From positions 1-35,506 of the IMG/VR virus record IMGVR_UViG_3300042297_000090: a stretch of 35,506 nucleotides of DNA. One strand, given 5' to 3'. This DNA is from a virus. Taxonomy: Duplodnaviria; Caudoviricetes. Positions 17,185 through 26,236 of this stretch are shown here, piece by piece. The position numbers were made by a program, and so were the translations under genes. Position 1 is the first letter of the stretch. Each line of letters opens with the position of its first letter. The notes beneath the pieces were generated by a model, which was not told the origin of the DNA, ran no database searches, and saw only the letters and a list, made by a program, of their open reading frames with translations.

Positions 17185-18754
17185 TTACCAGCGCCGCGCC
17201 ATTGACGATCTTTATGATTGGATGCGGTCACACGATGGGCATCCTTGCCTTGTGCTGCCAACCGGCGCGGGCAAGAGCCACATTGTAGCTACACTTTGCA
17301 AGGAAGGGCTGCAAAACTGGCCGGAAACGCGGGTGCTAATGCTTACCCACCAGAAGGAATTGATCGAACAGAACGCGGCCAAAATGCGCGAACATTGGCC
17401 CGGCGCACCGCTGGGCATCTACAGCGCCAGCATTGGCAAGCGTCAGCTTGGGGAGCCGATCACGTTTGCAGGCATCCAATCGGTGCGCGAAAAGGCTTCG
17501 CTGCTAGGCCATGTCGATCTTGTCATTATCGACGAGTGCCACCTTGTCAGCCACAAGGATGAGGGTGGGTATAGGACTTTGCTGAATGCCTTGCTGGCCA
17601 TCAATCCGGCGTTGCGTGTTATCGGACTGACAGCCACGCCATATCGCTTGGGGCATGGCCTTATCACTGACAAGCCGGCGCTGTTTGATGGTCTGATTGA
17701 TCCGGTGACGATTGAAGAACTGGTTTACAAGGGGTTTCTGACAACGCTGCGAAGCAAGGTGACGAAAGCCCGCTTTGATCTTGATGGCGTCCACAAACGT
17801 GGCGGCGAATTTATCGAAAGCGAGTTACAGAGGGCGGTTGATACCGACGACAACAACTCCGCCGTTGTGGCTGAAATCATGGCGCTGGGCGCGGATCGCA
17901 AGCATTGGCTGATGTTTTGCACTGGCGTTGACCATGCCCAGCACATCGCTGATCTGCTAAACGAACGCGGCATCATCGTTGATTGTGTGACGGGCGCAAC
18001 GCCAAAGGCGGAACGCGAACGGATGATCGGCGACTTTAAGGCTGGGCGCATTCAGGCGCTAACCAATGCCCAAGTCTTGACCACCGGATTCGACTTCCCG
18101 GCCATTGATCTGATTGCCATGCTGCGGCCCACTATGTCACCGGCACTCTATGTGCAGATGGCTGGGCGCGGGCTTCGCGTTGCGCCGGGCAAGGCTGATT
18201 GCTTAGTCTTAGACTTTGCCGGCGTTGTGGCCACGCATGGCCCGATCACTGCTGTGCAGCCGCCAACCAAAGCCGGCAAAGGCGACGGTGAAGCTCCGGT
18301 GAAAGTCTGCGAGTTTTGCGATGAGCTATGCCATCCCAGCGTGAAAATCTGCCCGGCTTGCGGCTCCGAGTTTCCAGCACCGGAGCCTAAAACCTACCGG
18401 CTGCACAACGATGACATCATGGGCTTTGCGCCGTCCGAAATGCCTGTCACGTCCTGGCGCTGGCGCAAACACACCAGCAAAACCAGCGGCAAAGACATGC
18501 TGGAAGTCACTTATTATGGCGCTCTGTCCGATCCTGGCGTCAAAGAATATTTGACCGTGACGCACGAAGGTTATGCCGGGGAGAAAGCAGTAGCTACGCT
18601 GGGCATCATTGCCAGCAATGCCGGCGTTGCGCTCAAGCCTAGCATGACGCTAGACGGTGTTGCGGCGATCCTAAGCGGTGGCAAGCCGCCAACTGGCATA
18701 ACATATAAACGCGATGGCAAATATTATCGCATCATTGGGAGATTATGGGGATGA
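17174..18754 (+). CDS. SF2 DEAD/ResIII-type helicase (RadD/YejH-like) with zinc finger
   Basis: LRDYQ, LPTGAGKS, IIDECH, GLTATP, LTTGFD, QMAGRGLR, CEFC..CPACG. Start at 17174 after GGAGG. Confidence 0.92.
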   Translation: MLRDYQRRAIDDLYDWMRSHDGHPCLVLPTGAGKSHIVATLCKEGLQNWPETRVLMLTHQKELIEQNAAKMREHWPGAPLGIYSASIGKRQLGEPITFAGIQSVREKASLLGHVDLVIIDECHLVSHKDEGGYRTLLNALLAINPALRVIGLTATPYRLGHGLITDKPALFDGLIDPVTIEELVYKGFLTTLRSKVTKARFDLDGVHKRGGEFIESELQRAVDTDDNNSAVVAEIMALGADRKHWLMFCTGVDHAQHIADLLNERGIIVDCVTGATPKAERERMIGDFKAGRIQALTNAQVLTTGFDFPAIDLIAMLRPTMSPALYVQMAGRGLRVAPGKADCLVLDFAGVVATHGPITAVQPPTKAGKGDGEAPVKVCEFCDELCHPSVKICPACGSEFPAPEPKTYRLHNDDIMGFAPSEMPVTSWRWRKHTSKTSGKDMLEVTYYGALSDPGVKEYLTVTHEGYAGEKAVATLGIIASNAGVALKPSMTLDGVAAILSGGKPPTGITYKRDGKYYRIIGRLWG

Positions 18755-18963
18755 GCATGGCAACAAAGCCTGCCGCACTAATTGACTGGGAAGCTGCCCG
18801 GCCTAAGCTGTGCTGGGATTGCAACTTTTTTCACCGGGAATCGAACCATTGCCACAAACACGCCGCAACGCCACCCGATCAGTTTCAGGGAACGCCAAGC
18901 GCATGTCGGGATTGGAAGGAACACGATCCATACGATGTGCAGGCAAGGGAAGTGCCGTTTTGA
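18751..18963 (+). CDS. Small Cys-rich hypothetical protein
   Basis: CWDC..C..H...P..F....AC..W...VPF; ATGA and TTGA coupling with neighbours. Confidence 0.7.
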   Translation: MSMATKPAALIDWEAARPKLCWDCNFFHRESNHCHKHAATPPDQFQGTPSACRDWKEHDPYDVQAREVPF

Positions 18964-19319
18964 AGGAGCGGGCGCAGCCACTGCCCACAGAACATGAAGA
19001 ACAGCGCGAAATCGTGTTCTGGTTCCGCCGCAAGTTTAGCGATGTTCGCATATTTGCTATCCCGAATGGCGGCTGGCGATCCCGCGCCACTGCGGCCAAG
19101 CTAAAGGCCGAAGGCGTTAGCCGTGGCGTTCCCGATCTATTTGTGCCTGGCTGGGGCTTGTGGATTGAGATGAAGCGATCACAAGGCGGGCGCTTGTCGC
19201 CAGACCAAAAAAGCTGGCATCTTTACCTAGCATCAATCGGCCAGACGGTGCTGGTTTGCTATGGTGCAGACGATGCCAAGCGCCAGATTGAAGCGCACAT
19301 AAAAGCGGCGGGTTTTTAG
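18960..19319 (+). CDS. VRR-NUC family nuclease (probable resolvase)
   Basis: EHEEQ, FAIPNGG.R, LKAEGV..GVPDL, IEMKR..GGRLSPDQK.W. Probable TTG start at 18960. Confidence 0.88.
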   Translation: MKERAQPLPTEHEEQREIVFWFRRKFSDVRIFAIPNGGWRSRATAAKLKAEGVSRGVPDLFVPGWGLWIEMKRSQGGRLSPDQKSWHLYLASIGQTVLVCYGADDAKRQIEAHIKAAGF

Positions 19320-19328
19320 GCCCGCCGC
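19301..19328. terminator. Terminator hairpin between convergent genes
   Basis: GCGGCGGG (19305-19312)/CCCGCCGC (19321-19328), with a T-run following on the minus strand. Confidence 0.65.
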
Positions 19329-19335
19329 AGTCATT

Positions 19336-19788
19336 TCATGCCGCATAGCTCCACACACGCCAGCCGCGCTTGGCCGCTACGGTGTGATAATGCCGCTCAA
19401 ATTCCGCCGTGGCATGTCTGGCGCTGCGCTCAATGGCAAGATCATTAGCAGCCCAGCCGGTGCCAATCGCGCGAGCCGCTGATTTGCGTGGCGGCAGATT
19501 GATGCGCTCAATGCGGCGGCGCACTGATGTGTGAGCCACGCCCAGCCGATCTGCAATCTCAATAATAGTCGCGCCATCAGACCACATCTGCCGCAGCGTG
19601 GCATCAGCCTTCCCATGCCACCGCCCATCAACGCGCGTATTGCTGCAATTGAGACGATAGGCGCGGCATTTGACCGCTGAAATATTCCGGCCCGGCAAAG
19701 CGGCTGTGACCTGTGCGTAGGTGTCACCAGCCTGCATCATGCGTGTCAGAATCGCATCTTCCTCTGGCGTCCAATTTTTTAGCGTCAT
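19336..19788 (-). CDS. Regulator with two tandem GcrA-N-terminal/Myb-like HTH domains
   Basis: WTPEEDAILTRMMQAG.TYAQV..AL.GRNISAVK.RAYRL and W....DATLRQMWSDGATIIEIADRLGV...SV.RRIERINL. Confidence 0.7.
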   Translation of the reverse strand: MTLKNWTPEEDAILTRMMQAGDTYAQVTAALPGRNISAVKCRAYRLNCSNTRVDGRWHGKADATLRQMWSDGATIIEIADRLGVAHTSVRRRIERINLPPRKSAARAIGTGWAANDLAIERSARHATAEFERHYHTVAAKRGWRVWSYAA

Positions 19789-19994
19789 GCGTTGTCCCTC
19801 TCTTTTTTGGTCAGTTCATCAGCCAAGCCCTGAACGCTCAAAGCGCGTTCGATAGCGTTGGCCATCACCCGTCGCGGCACCATTTTGCCGTTCCGAATCC
19901 GGTTGATATGCGACTGCGAACAGCCGATTAGCGCGGCCAGCGTGACATCATTCAAGCCAGCGGCGCGCATTGCATGGGTCATGATTTTGCTCAT
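19785..19994 (-). CDS. Cro/Xre-like HTH regulator
   Basis: MRAAGLNDVTLAALIGCSQSHINRIRNGKMVP...ANAIERAL. Start uncertain. Confidence 0.78.
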   Translation of the reverse strand: MSKIMTHAMRAAGLNDVTLAALIGCSQSHINRIRNGKMVPRRVMANAIERALSVQGLADELTKKERDNA

Positions 19995-20027
19995 GCCGCT
20001 GCCCATAAGCCCCAAAATAAAATGCTG

Positions 20028-20081
20028 CAAGCATATTTTCATGCTTGACGCATAGCCGGGAGATTGGCAGGGTGGCGTCAA
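20028..20081. promoter_or_regulatory. Divergent promoter/operator region
   Basis: CAAGCAT-N6-ATGCTTG (20028-20047) overlaps TTGACG (20045); second inverted repeat TTGACGC/GCGTCAA (20045-20051, 20075-20081). Confidence 0.55.
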
Positions 20082-20102
20082 CAACAACGGGAGACACACA
20101 CC

Positions 20103-20168
20103 ATGCTACGCGAAGCTCTACCAATGGCCTGCCTGTTTATCTGCCTCGCCTTGCTGGCAATGATCTAA
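20103..20168 (+). CDS. 21-aa hydrophobic peptide (not in ORF track)
   Basis: GGGAG RBS, MLREALPMACLFICLALLAMI; first ORF after the divergent promoter. Confidence 0.5.
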   Translation: MLREALPMACLFICLALLAMI

Positions 20169-20174
20169 GGGGGA

Positions 20175-20468
20175 ATGCAAATGTATAGCGCCAAGGAAGT
20201 TGCAAACTGGGTGATGAACGCGCCGGAAGGCAACATCGTCGCCAAGATTGTAAGCGATGCCACCCATTCAATTCCCGGTGATCTTGGCCGGTTTGTGAGG
20301 CTGCTAGATGAAGAAGGCTATATTTTCGCCATGTGGCATCGCGCCGTAACCAGCGAGGGCCAGCCAATTTACACATGGCAGTTGCAGCGCCGCCGCCGCC
20401 CAGCCAATCAAATCGTGCTCAACGCCTTGATCAAACACGCTGCCAACCGCCAGCCTGCGAGCCTGTGA
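20175..20468 (+). CDS. Hypothetical protein
   Basis: AAGGGGG RBS; 97-aa ORF in a tightly packed operon. Confidence 0.65.
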   Translation: MQMYSAKEVANWVMNAPEGNIVAKIVSDATHSIPGDLGRFVRLLDEEGYIFAMWHRAVTSEGQPIYTWQLQRRRRPANQIVLNALIKHAANRQPASL

Positions 20469-20469
20469 G

Positions 20470-20871
20470 ATGAAGCCAAAAGTTATCATTCATGATCGGC
20501 AATTTTGGAATCTCTATCCTGATGGGCGCATGGTTCGCATTTATGCTAACGAACGCATTAGGGCGCATCTATCACAGGCTAGATCGGTTGAAGTGCGGAT
20601 AGCCAAAGACGAAGCCCCGCCGAAGCGCACCAACCACCCGCCGCGCCCGCCCGGCACTATGCCCACGCTGCCCGCCGCAGATCGTGACATTGGCGACAAG
20701 ACGTTGACCGAATTGGCGTTCGACCACGGCTATGGCAGCGTCTACCGCTTTAGTGAGGCACTGCGAAAGCACCGCCGCGCTATCTATGATGCTGCCCGCG
20801 CCAATGGCCGAAAGCGCGCCGATGCTAACTTGATGACGCCAGTGCAAGGTAGCCAACATGACGCAATGTAA
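20470..20871 (+). CDS. Hypothetical protein with an AraC-like HTH segment
   Basis: KTLTELAFDHGYGSVYRFSEALRKH resembles the second HTH of AraC proteins. Confidence 0.6.
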   Translation: MKPKVIIHDRQFWNLYPDGRMVRIYANERIRAHLSQARSVEVRIAKDEAPPKRTNHPPRPPGTMPTLPAADRDIGDKTLTELAFDHGYGSVYRFSEALRKHRRAIYDAARANGRKRADANLMTPVQGSQHDAM

Positions 20872-21028
20872 CTGCGCAGCTTGCCGCCGTGACGTGCCGC
20901 CAGTGCCGCCGTCCGATCGCTACATGGCCGCATTTGATGCGCGGATGCGTGCCATACTGGGCAAGCCTGCTGTGCCTGCTTTAGATAGCCTGCCTGCCGA
21001 TGTGCAAGTGTTTGTCAGGCGGTTGTAA
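20858..21028 (+). CDS. Small hypothetical protein (56 aa; not in ORF track)
   Basis: MTQCNCAACRRDVPPVPPSDRYMAAFDARMRAILGKPAVPALDSLPADVQVFVRRL; AAGGT upstream; fills the gap to the spanin gene. Confidence 0.5.
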   Translation: MTQCNCAACRRDVPPVPPSDRYMAAFDARMRAILGKPAVPALDSLPADVQVFVRRL

Positions 21029-21038
21029 CTGCACCGCT

Positions 21039-21284
21039 TTAACGCGGCCAGCCTTGCACCAGCGCCGCCCGCTTGGCCTCACAGCGAGCAATCTCTGCAC
21101 CGCGTTCGATCAACGCCAACTCCACCGCTTCCGCCGATCCGCCAAGCAGTGCCGGGATGGCACAAGGCTGCAAAGCGTCACTTGGCGGCTGCGGGATTGC
21201 CAATGGCGGCGGCGTCACTTTGCGTGATGTGCTGCACCCGGCCATCATCAAGACAAGCAACATTGCTGCTAGGGTTCGCAACAT
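21039..21284 (-). CDS. o-spanin (Rz1-like lipoprotein)
   Basis: Signal peptide with lipobox MAGC, Pro-rich mature part with two further Cys; GAGGA RBS; overlaps the i-spanin 3' end in another frame. Confidence 0.8.
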   Translation of the reverse strand: MLRTLAAMLLVLMMAGCSTSRKVTPPPLAIPQPPSDALQPCAIPALLGGSAEAVELALIERGAEIARCEAKRAALVQGWPR

Positions 21285-21552
21285 AATATGTCCTCGTTAT
21301 GGTTTGCGCTTTTTCGCGGATGCGCTCAACGGCTGTTGATCGCTCAGACAGCGCCACGCCAGCAGCGTCAACTTGCGCCTGCAATGCCCGCTCTTTGGCC
21401 TGTGCGGCCTCTACAGCGGCGGCTTCACGCTTCTGCCACTTGGCGCGCTCTGCCTCTTTGCCATTGCCGTAGGCCCACGCATAGGCCGCCACAGCAAGCA
21501 GCAAGCCGCCGACATATGGCGCGACACGCAAGGCCCAGGCTGGCACGAACAT
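21178..21552 (-). CDS. i-spanin (Rz-like)
   Basis: N-terminal TM helix, Ala/Glu coiled coil, C-terminal Cys. Start at the ATG at 21552. Confidence 0.75.
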   Translation of the reverse strand: MFVPAWALRVAPYVGGLLLAVAAYAWAYGNGKEAERAKWQKREAAAVEAAQAKERALQAQVDAAGVALSERSTAVERIREKAQTITRTYYVANPSSNVACLDDGRVQHITQSDAAAIGNPAAAK

Positions 21553-21554
21553 GA

Positions 21555-21758
21555 TCAAATCTTCCGATGCCAGACAACGCCGCCCAGCCCGCCGACGAAC
21601 AGCGCGGTGATTAGCCATTGAACATTCTGGCTGGCCAGCGCCGCTGCATCAGCAGGCATGATTACCGGGATCACAAGCAGCGAGACAGCCAGCACGATTG
21701 CCAGCAAGCCGGCCCAAGTGGTTTTCTCGCGCAACCTAGCTTTGATATATTCGATCAT
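21555..21758 (-). CDS. Holin (2 TM)
   Basis: RLREKTTWAGL followed by two hydrophobic helices; between endolysin and spanins. Confidence 0.7.
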   Translation of the reverse strand: MIEYIKARLREKTTWAGLLAIVLAVSLLVIPVIMPADAAALASQNVQWLITALFVGGLGGVVWHRKI

Positions 21759-22255
21759 GCTTCACCTGTTGTGTTAGCGGCTGCGGTTGCTGCGATGCGC
21801 GCTGCCGGGCCAATGGGCTGCCCGGCTGGCCAGCGCAAAGCAATGAGCCTGTCTCGCGTAAACCGACGGACGTTGACGGCATCACCCTGATTGCCGCCCA
21901 AGATGTTTAGGCTGCTGCCATCAGCGTTGACGCTATTCACAAAGCCGACATGCCCGCCGCCCTGCCGATCAAACACGGCGATTGCGCCCATTGGTGGCGT
22001 GGCAGACAATGACAGCGGAATGCCCCAAGTCGCCCAAGCCTTGGCGCGGATGGCAATCTTGGGCGGTGCAATGCCAGCCTGATGAACGCACCAGGCGGCG
22101 AAAAGCCCGCACCACGGCACCGAATCCGCCCCGTATGCAATGCCCAGCACTCGCGCGCCAAGCCGGTTGCCCCATGACATGATCACCGGATTATTCCCAG
22201 CGCCGGGAAGTTCCCTTGTGCCAATTAATTGGCGCGCCTCTGTTAGCCATCGCAT
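21755..22255 (-). CDS. Endolysin, TIGR02594/CHAP-like cysteine peptidase
   Basis: W..EAR..IG.RE.PG..NNP.I, VPWCGLFAAW, GGHVGFV, ILGGNQGDAV, RWP. Start at 22255 after GGAGG. Confidence 0.88.
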   Translation of the reverse strand: MRWLTEARQLIGTRELPGAGNNPVIMSWGNRLGARVLGIAYGADSVPWCGLFAAWCVHQAGIAPPKIAIRAKAWATWGIPLSLSATPPMGAIAVFDRQGGGHVGFVNSVNADGSSLNILGGNQGDAVNVRRFTRDRLIALRWPAGQPIGPAARIAATAAANTTGEA

Positions 22256-22467
22256 TGCTCGACCTCCAAAGCTGCCAGCTTCAAAGCCCGCGCCATGACG
22301 GCGCGCGTTGCGCCTTGTAGCACATCGCTGCCAATTACGCCACGCAACCAGAACAATTCGCTTTTGGCGACATCCGCAAACTCGCGCGCCCACACCATCG
22401 CCACATCGTCGGCATAATCTGCAAACGTGTCAGCCTTAAGCATTTCCCAAGGAATACGCGCTTTCAC
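22243..22467 (-). CDS. Hypothetical protein (74 aa)
   Basis: GTGA-coupled to the upstream gene; overlaps the endolysin start. Confidence 0.55.
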   Translation of the reverse strand: MKARIPWEMLKADTFADYADDVAMVWAREFADVAKSELFWLRGVIGSDVLQGATRAVMARALKLAALEVEQCDG

Positions 22468-23630
22468 TCAAACATTTCCGGTTTGACGGTTAGCGTTGAA
22501 ACTTGCCCATATTTGGCGTGATAGGTGATTGCATAGGCCGCCCGTTCCGCATGATAACCGCCTCGCGCCGCATAGGCATCACGCGCCGCAAGTGTCGGGT
22601 GCTGCATCCATTTGATGCCGCTAAACTCTTTGACGACTTCGTGATGGTAGTGGCCGCTGTGGCCATAGGCCATTGTTGTTTGCCCCCACATCTCGCGGAA
22701 CTGGCTGGCAAACAACGCCGGCAAGCCGTCCATCTTGACCTTGTGGCCATGATGGAACGCTAGCATTACATTGCCATGCTGATAGGCATAGAACGGCAGC
22801 GGGCTATCTTCCACCGTAACGCGCGGCTCATTTTCAAACAGCGCCTTGAACATCACGCGAAGCCAAACGCTACTAGCCTCATCGTGATTGCCTTCGGCAT
22901 GTAACACGATCACCTGTTCATGGCGTTCTAGGGCCATGCCAACAATCCGCCGCAAGATGCGAACGCCAGCCTCAATCATCTTGGGAAACCGGCTGTCAGC
23001 GTCTAGCAAATGCCCGCTTGCAGGCGTTAGCGGCTTGAAGCTGTCATAATGGAACCAGTCGCCAAGCTGGCAGACGATGCCCACCTTAGCCGCTGGCGCG
23101 TTGTCGATCATATGGCGATATGCGTTTGTTATCAGTTTTTCAGCAATGGCCAAGTCCCAATCCTGCCCACCCTCGCGGTGCCACGCCAGCATCCCAACAT
23201 GGTAATCGGTGAACACATAGAGATTAAGCAGATCGGCCAGCGTTGCAGCCGGTGGCGTGACGGGTTCCGCTGGCGGTATGTTTTCGGCTAGCGCCTCAGC
23301 CGCCGCGCGGATCGCCTCTTGCCGCTGTTCGTCATCTAGCCGGGTTTTCACCCATTGAGCGCGTTGATTGCCGTCCGCATCAAAATAGGTCGAAACGCCT
23401 TTGATGATGTAGGGCGCATGTCCGTCGCGTTCGGCACCTTGCCCGATGCCGCCGGCCCCATAGGCTTCGCCTTGCGTTGCCTTGTGCCTCCGCACCGCTG
23501 ACAGGATGCCCATCTTGCCGCCATAGCGGCCCGTTCTGGCCAATGCCCGCCCACTGTTGCCAGCCTCTACATAAGCCGCATATATTTCGGCATCACGCGC
23601 CGGATCGATATCGTGTTGATTGCGCGGCAC
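22464..23630 (-). CDS. Calcineurin-like metallophosphoesterase-fold protein with N-terminal HTH-like region
   Basis: TDYHVG (DxH), LGDWFHYD (GD), EGNHD (GNHD), HHGH, GHYHH. Confidence 0.85.
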   Translation of the reverse strand: MPRNQHDIDPARDAEIYAAYVEAGNSGRALARTGRYGGKMGILSAVRRHKATQGEAYGAGGIGQGAERDGHAPYIIKGVSTYFDADGNQRAQWVKTRLDDEQRQEAIRAAAEALAENIPPAEPVTPPAATLADLLNLYVFTDYHVGMLAWHREGGQDWDLAIAEKLITNAYRHMIDNAPAAKVGIVCQLGDWFHYDSFKPLTPASGHLLDADSRFPKMIEAGVRILRRIVGMALERHEQVIVLHAEGNHDEASSVWLRVMFKALFENEPRVTVEDSPLPFYAYQHGNVMLAFHHGHKVKMDGLPALFASQFREMWGQTTMAYGHSGHYHHEVVKEFSGIKWMQHPTLAARDAYAARGGYHAERAAYAITYHAKYGQVSTLTVKPEMFE

Positions 23631-23677
23631 GTCTCACCCATTAGCTGCGACAGGACGGCCCTGCGACGATCAGCGGA

Positions 23678-23872
23678 TTATGTAGCCTTGCCTAGAAGTC
23701 GCTGCACCGTGCGCGTTTCATAAATGCGAATTAGCGTCCACACGATTGTAAGCAGCGCCGCCGCCGACGGCAGCCATGACGCCAGCGTGGCCAGCACAAC
23801 GCCGATCGACAAAATGTCACCCGCCGGCTTCATGGTTTCCATGATGCTATGCGTCGGGCTGGTCATTGTCAC
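23678..23872 (-). CDS. Small membrane protein (holin/antiholin-like)
   Basis: D.LSIGVVLATLASWLP..AALLTIVWTLIRIYET.TVQ; at the head of the lysis region. Confidence 0.6.
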   Translation of the reverse strand: MTMTSPTHSIMETMKPAGDILSIGVVLATLASWLPSAAALLTIVWTLIRIYETRTVQRLLGKAT

Positions 23873-24059
23873 TATCCTCTGGCGCTATCGGAACGATTTG
23901 CATTGTGTCCAAATCAACGCGGAACAAATCCGTGCGATAGAAATGGCTTACACTAATTATGCCCTCATTGCTATGCACTTGATTAGCCGCATCGCTTTCA
24001 GCGCACATGACGTTCTGGATAATATCACCCGTTTCGGTGCTGTAAACAATCCAAATCAC
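23847..24059 (-). CDS. Small tail-tip-associated hypothetical protein
   Basis: GTGA-coupled to the tip gene; VYS.ETG.I motif. Confidence 0.6.
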   Translation of the reverse strand: MIWIVYSTETGDIIQNVMCAESDAANQVHSNEGIISVSHFYRTDLFRVDLDTMQIVPIAPEDSDNDQPDA

Positions 24060-26236
24060 CGCTTTAGCTCCGTAATTGATAAGCTGCGATCGGCAGTCGT
24101 TGTCGCCGCGCCTAGCGTAAATGCGTTGTCAATTCTTGCATACACATAAAATGTGTAAGTGCCGGCGGCTGGCTGGCCAACAACTTGAATGCGGCAAACA
24201 TCAAAAAATTGAGGTGCTGCCGTGCCGTTTGCCATTTGCTGGCTAGAATAAAATTGGCTTGCCATGCCAGTAGCATTAGACGTTAGCACATACTGGATGC
24301 CGTAACGTGACGTTGATGAATTATTCGCCTGTGAGAAATTAAGAAATTGGCCTTCCGCAATTAGCGGCCCGCCGGTTGTTGTGAAACTTAACTGCTGAAT
24401 TAGCGCCCAAGTTGAAAAGTCAGTTGATGCCGAAAACGGAATGTTGATTGATGTTGTGCTGTTAGCGATTGCCACATTTGACACAGCGCCTGACACAATT
24501 GCAGTGGTTGCAACGCGGTTGGTGTTGATGTTGCCGCTGCCGTTGATAGCTGCTGACACGCGGCCATCTGTCAATTCAGTTGGACGGCTGACAAGGTTAG
24601 TTGTCCAATCAGCGCCATCTGTTGCGCCAGGCTCAATCTGGCCCATCACCCAGCTTGCAGCGTTGCGGCTGTCAAAAACCACAGGCGGCACGGGTGTCAC
24701 CTGTGCGCTCTCGTTGCGATCCCATGCGTAAATGCTGGCATCCTCTTCGCGCAATGTTAGCTCAATCGTGGCATCAGGGTTGAACGTCATTGCCCGAACG
24801 CGGAACAGCTTGCCCGTCCAGCCGCGCGCGTTTGACGTAACCGCAACCACCTGATTGCGCGTCAACTGCCAGCCGCGAACGCCAACTGTAACGTTAAACG
24901 TGCCTTGATACAGGTTGCGTTGTGCCGTTTGTTTGGCAATGCGTTCCGCCCGGCGTTGATCCTGCACAACAGACAATTCCAGCGTGTAGGGTCGCGGCGC
25001 AAGTGATGTGCGCGGAATGGACACCTCTGGATAATCCACCATGCTATACAATGACGTTGGGGTTGGCTCACTATAGCGGCCACGCACAACCGTAAATTGC
25101 TGGTCAATCGGCCCGGTTGGCTGCCATGAATAGCCGGAAACAAAATCATCATCAGTCAACGCCACCGGTGAAACCAAATCGTTTACCGAAACGCGCAGCG
25201 CAAGCCGCCCGCCGTCATCCACCAATTCGCCGTTCATGCCTTTCAGCAATTCGCCAATGACTGCAAGCGGATCATCTGCATCAGAGAATGCCCGCCCGGC
25301 TTCAAACCGGCGTTGCGTGCCACCGATCGAAAGAGCAATAGGCTCATCACACAAAGCCGCAGCAACCGCGAACGAAGCTAGATCAAGGGTATCTGCCGGC
25401 AATCCTACGCCAACAGAGATTTGCCCGCCAACTCGCCAGCCCAGAAGATACGACAGCATTTGCAGCGCGGGGTTGTTGCCGCGCGTCACGCCACTGGCGG
25501 TATAGAGCCACGTTGTTTGATCATTGGCGCGCTGGCTGCCGCTGCCGCCCGGAACCGTGCTATCACGCGCCGGATCATAGACAGGCATCCCAGTGCCAAT
25601 GACAGCCCAACGCCCTGCAATGCCGCTAGAAAATGGTGACTGGCTGCTTTTGCTGTTTGCTGAACGTTTGACACGCACCTTCATTGTGGTGCTGCCCGTC
25701 ATGCGCGTTGTGCTGCCCCAAGTGGTGCCAGCATTGACAGTGTGAAATGCGCTTGGGCCAGATTCAAGAATAACCTCAACAGTCAGATAGCCAACGTATT
25801 TGCCCTGCGCACCGCCGGCAGATGTCCATGCAAGATCATTTTCAATGTATATGGTGTCTACGCTGGTAGATTTGTGCGCGGCAAGCGCAAAGATATAATC
25901 AACAAACTCTTGATCGGTGCCGCTGGGTTCCGCATATTTTAGATCAACCGGAAATGCCGTTTGCCCTAGCAACAGCTTTCGCGGTGCCGCTGGATCAGCG
26001 TTAATCGCTTTAGGGTCAAAAGCTGATAGTGATGCGCCGGCACCACGCAAAGCGCCTAAGCCATAGATGCCAAGGCCCGCAGTTATTGCACCAACAGCAA
26101 TGGTGCCAATCAGCGCGGCACCACCAGCGGCAGCACTGCTGCCAATAATAAATGCACCAACAGCGTTGCCAACGCCCGGAACAAACATCAACGCTGCGGC
26201 GGCAATAAGCGCAATTATTCTTAGAGGTTTACCCAT
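24056..26236 (-). CDS. Tail tip / central fibre (J-like tip attachment protein)
   Basis: PRKLLLG, VYDPARDSTVPGGSGSQRANDQ.TW, NNPAL, AAALCDE, LREED.SIYAW, IEPGATDGADW. Start at 26236. Confidence 0.85.
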   Translation of the reverse strand: MGKPLRIIALIAAAALMFVPGVGNAVGAFIIGSSAAAGGAALIGTIAVGAITAGLGIYGLGALRGAGASLSAFDPKAINADPAAPRKLLLGQTAFPVDLKYAEPSGTDQEFVDYIFALAAHKSTSVDTIYIENDLAWTSAGGAQGKYVGYLTVEVILESGPSAFHTVNAGTTWGSTTRMTGSTTMKVRVKRSANSKSSQSPFSSGIAGRWAVIGTGMPVYDPARDSTVPGGSGSQRANDQTTWLYTASGVTRGNNPALQMLSYLLGWRVGGQISVGVGLPADTLDLASFAVAAALCDEPIALSIGGTQRRFEAGRAFSDADDPLAVIGELLKGMNGELVDDGGRLALRVSVNDLVSPVALTDDDFVSGYSWQPTGPIDQQFTVVRGRYSEPTPTSLYSMVDYPEVSIPRTSLAPRPYTLELSVVQDQRRAERIAKQTAQRNLYQGTFNVTVGVRGWQLTRNQVVAVTSNARGWTGKLFRVRAMTFNPDATIELTLREEDASIYAWDRNESAQVTPVPPVVFDSRNAASWVMGQIEPGATDGADWTTNLVSRPTELTDGRVSAAINGSGNINTNRVATTAIVSGAVSNVAIANSTTSINIPFSASTDFSTWALIQQLSFTTTGGPLIAEGQFLNFSQANNSSTSRYGIQYVLTSNATGMASQFYSSQQMANGTAAPQFFDVCRIQVVGQPAAGTYTFYVYARIDNAFTLGAATTTADRSLSITELKR

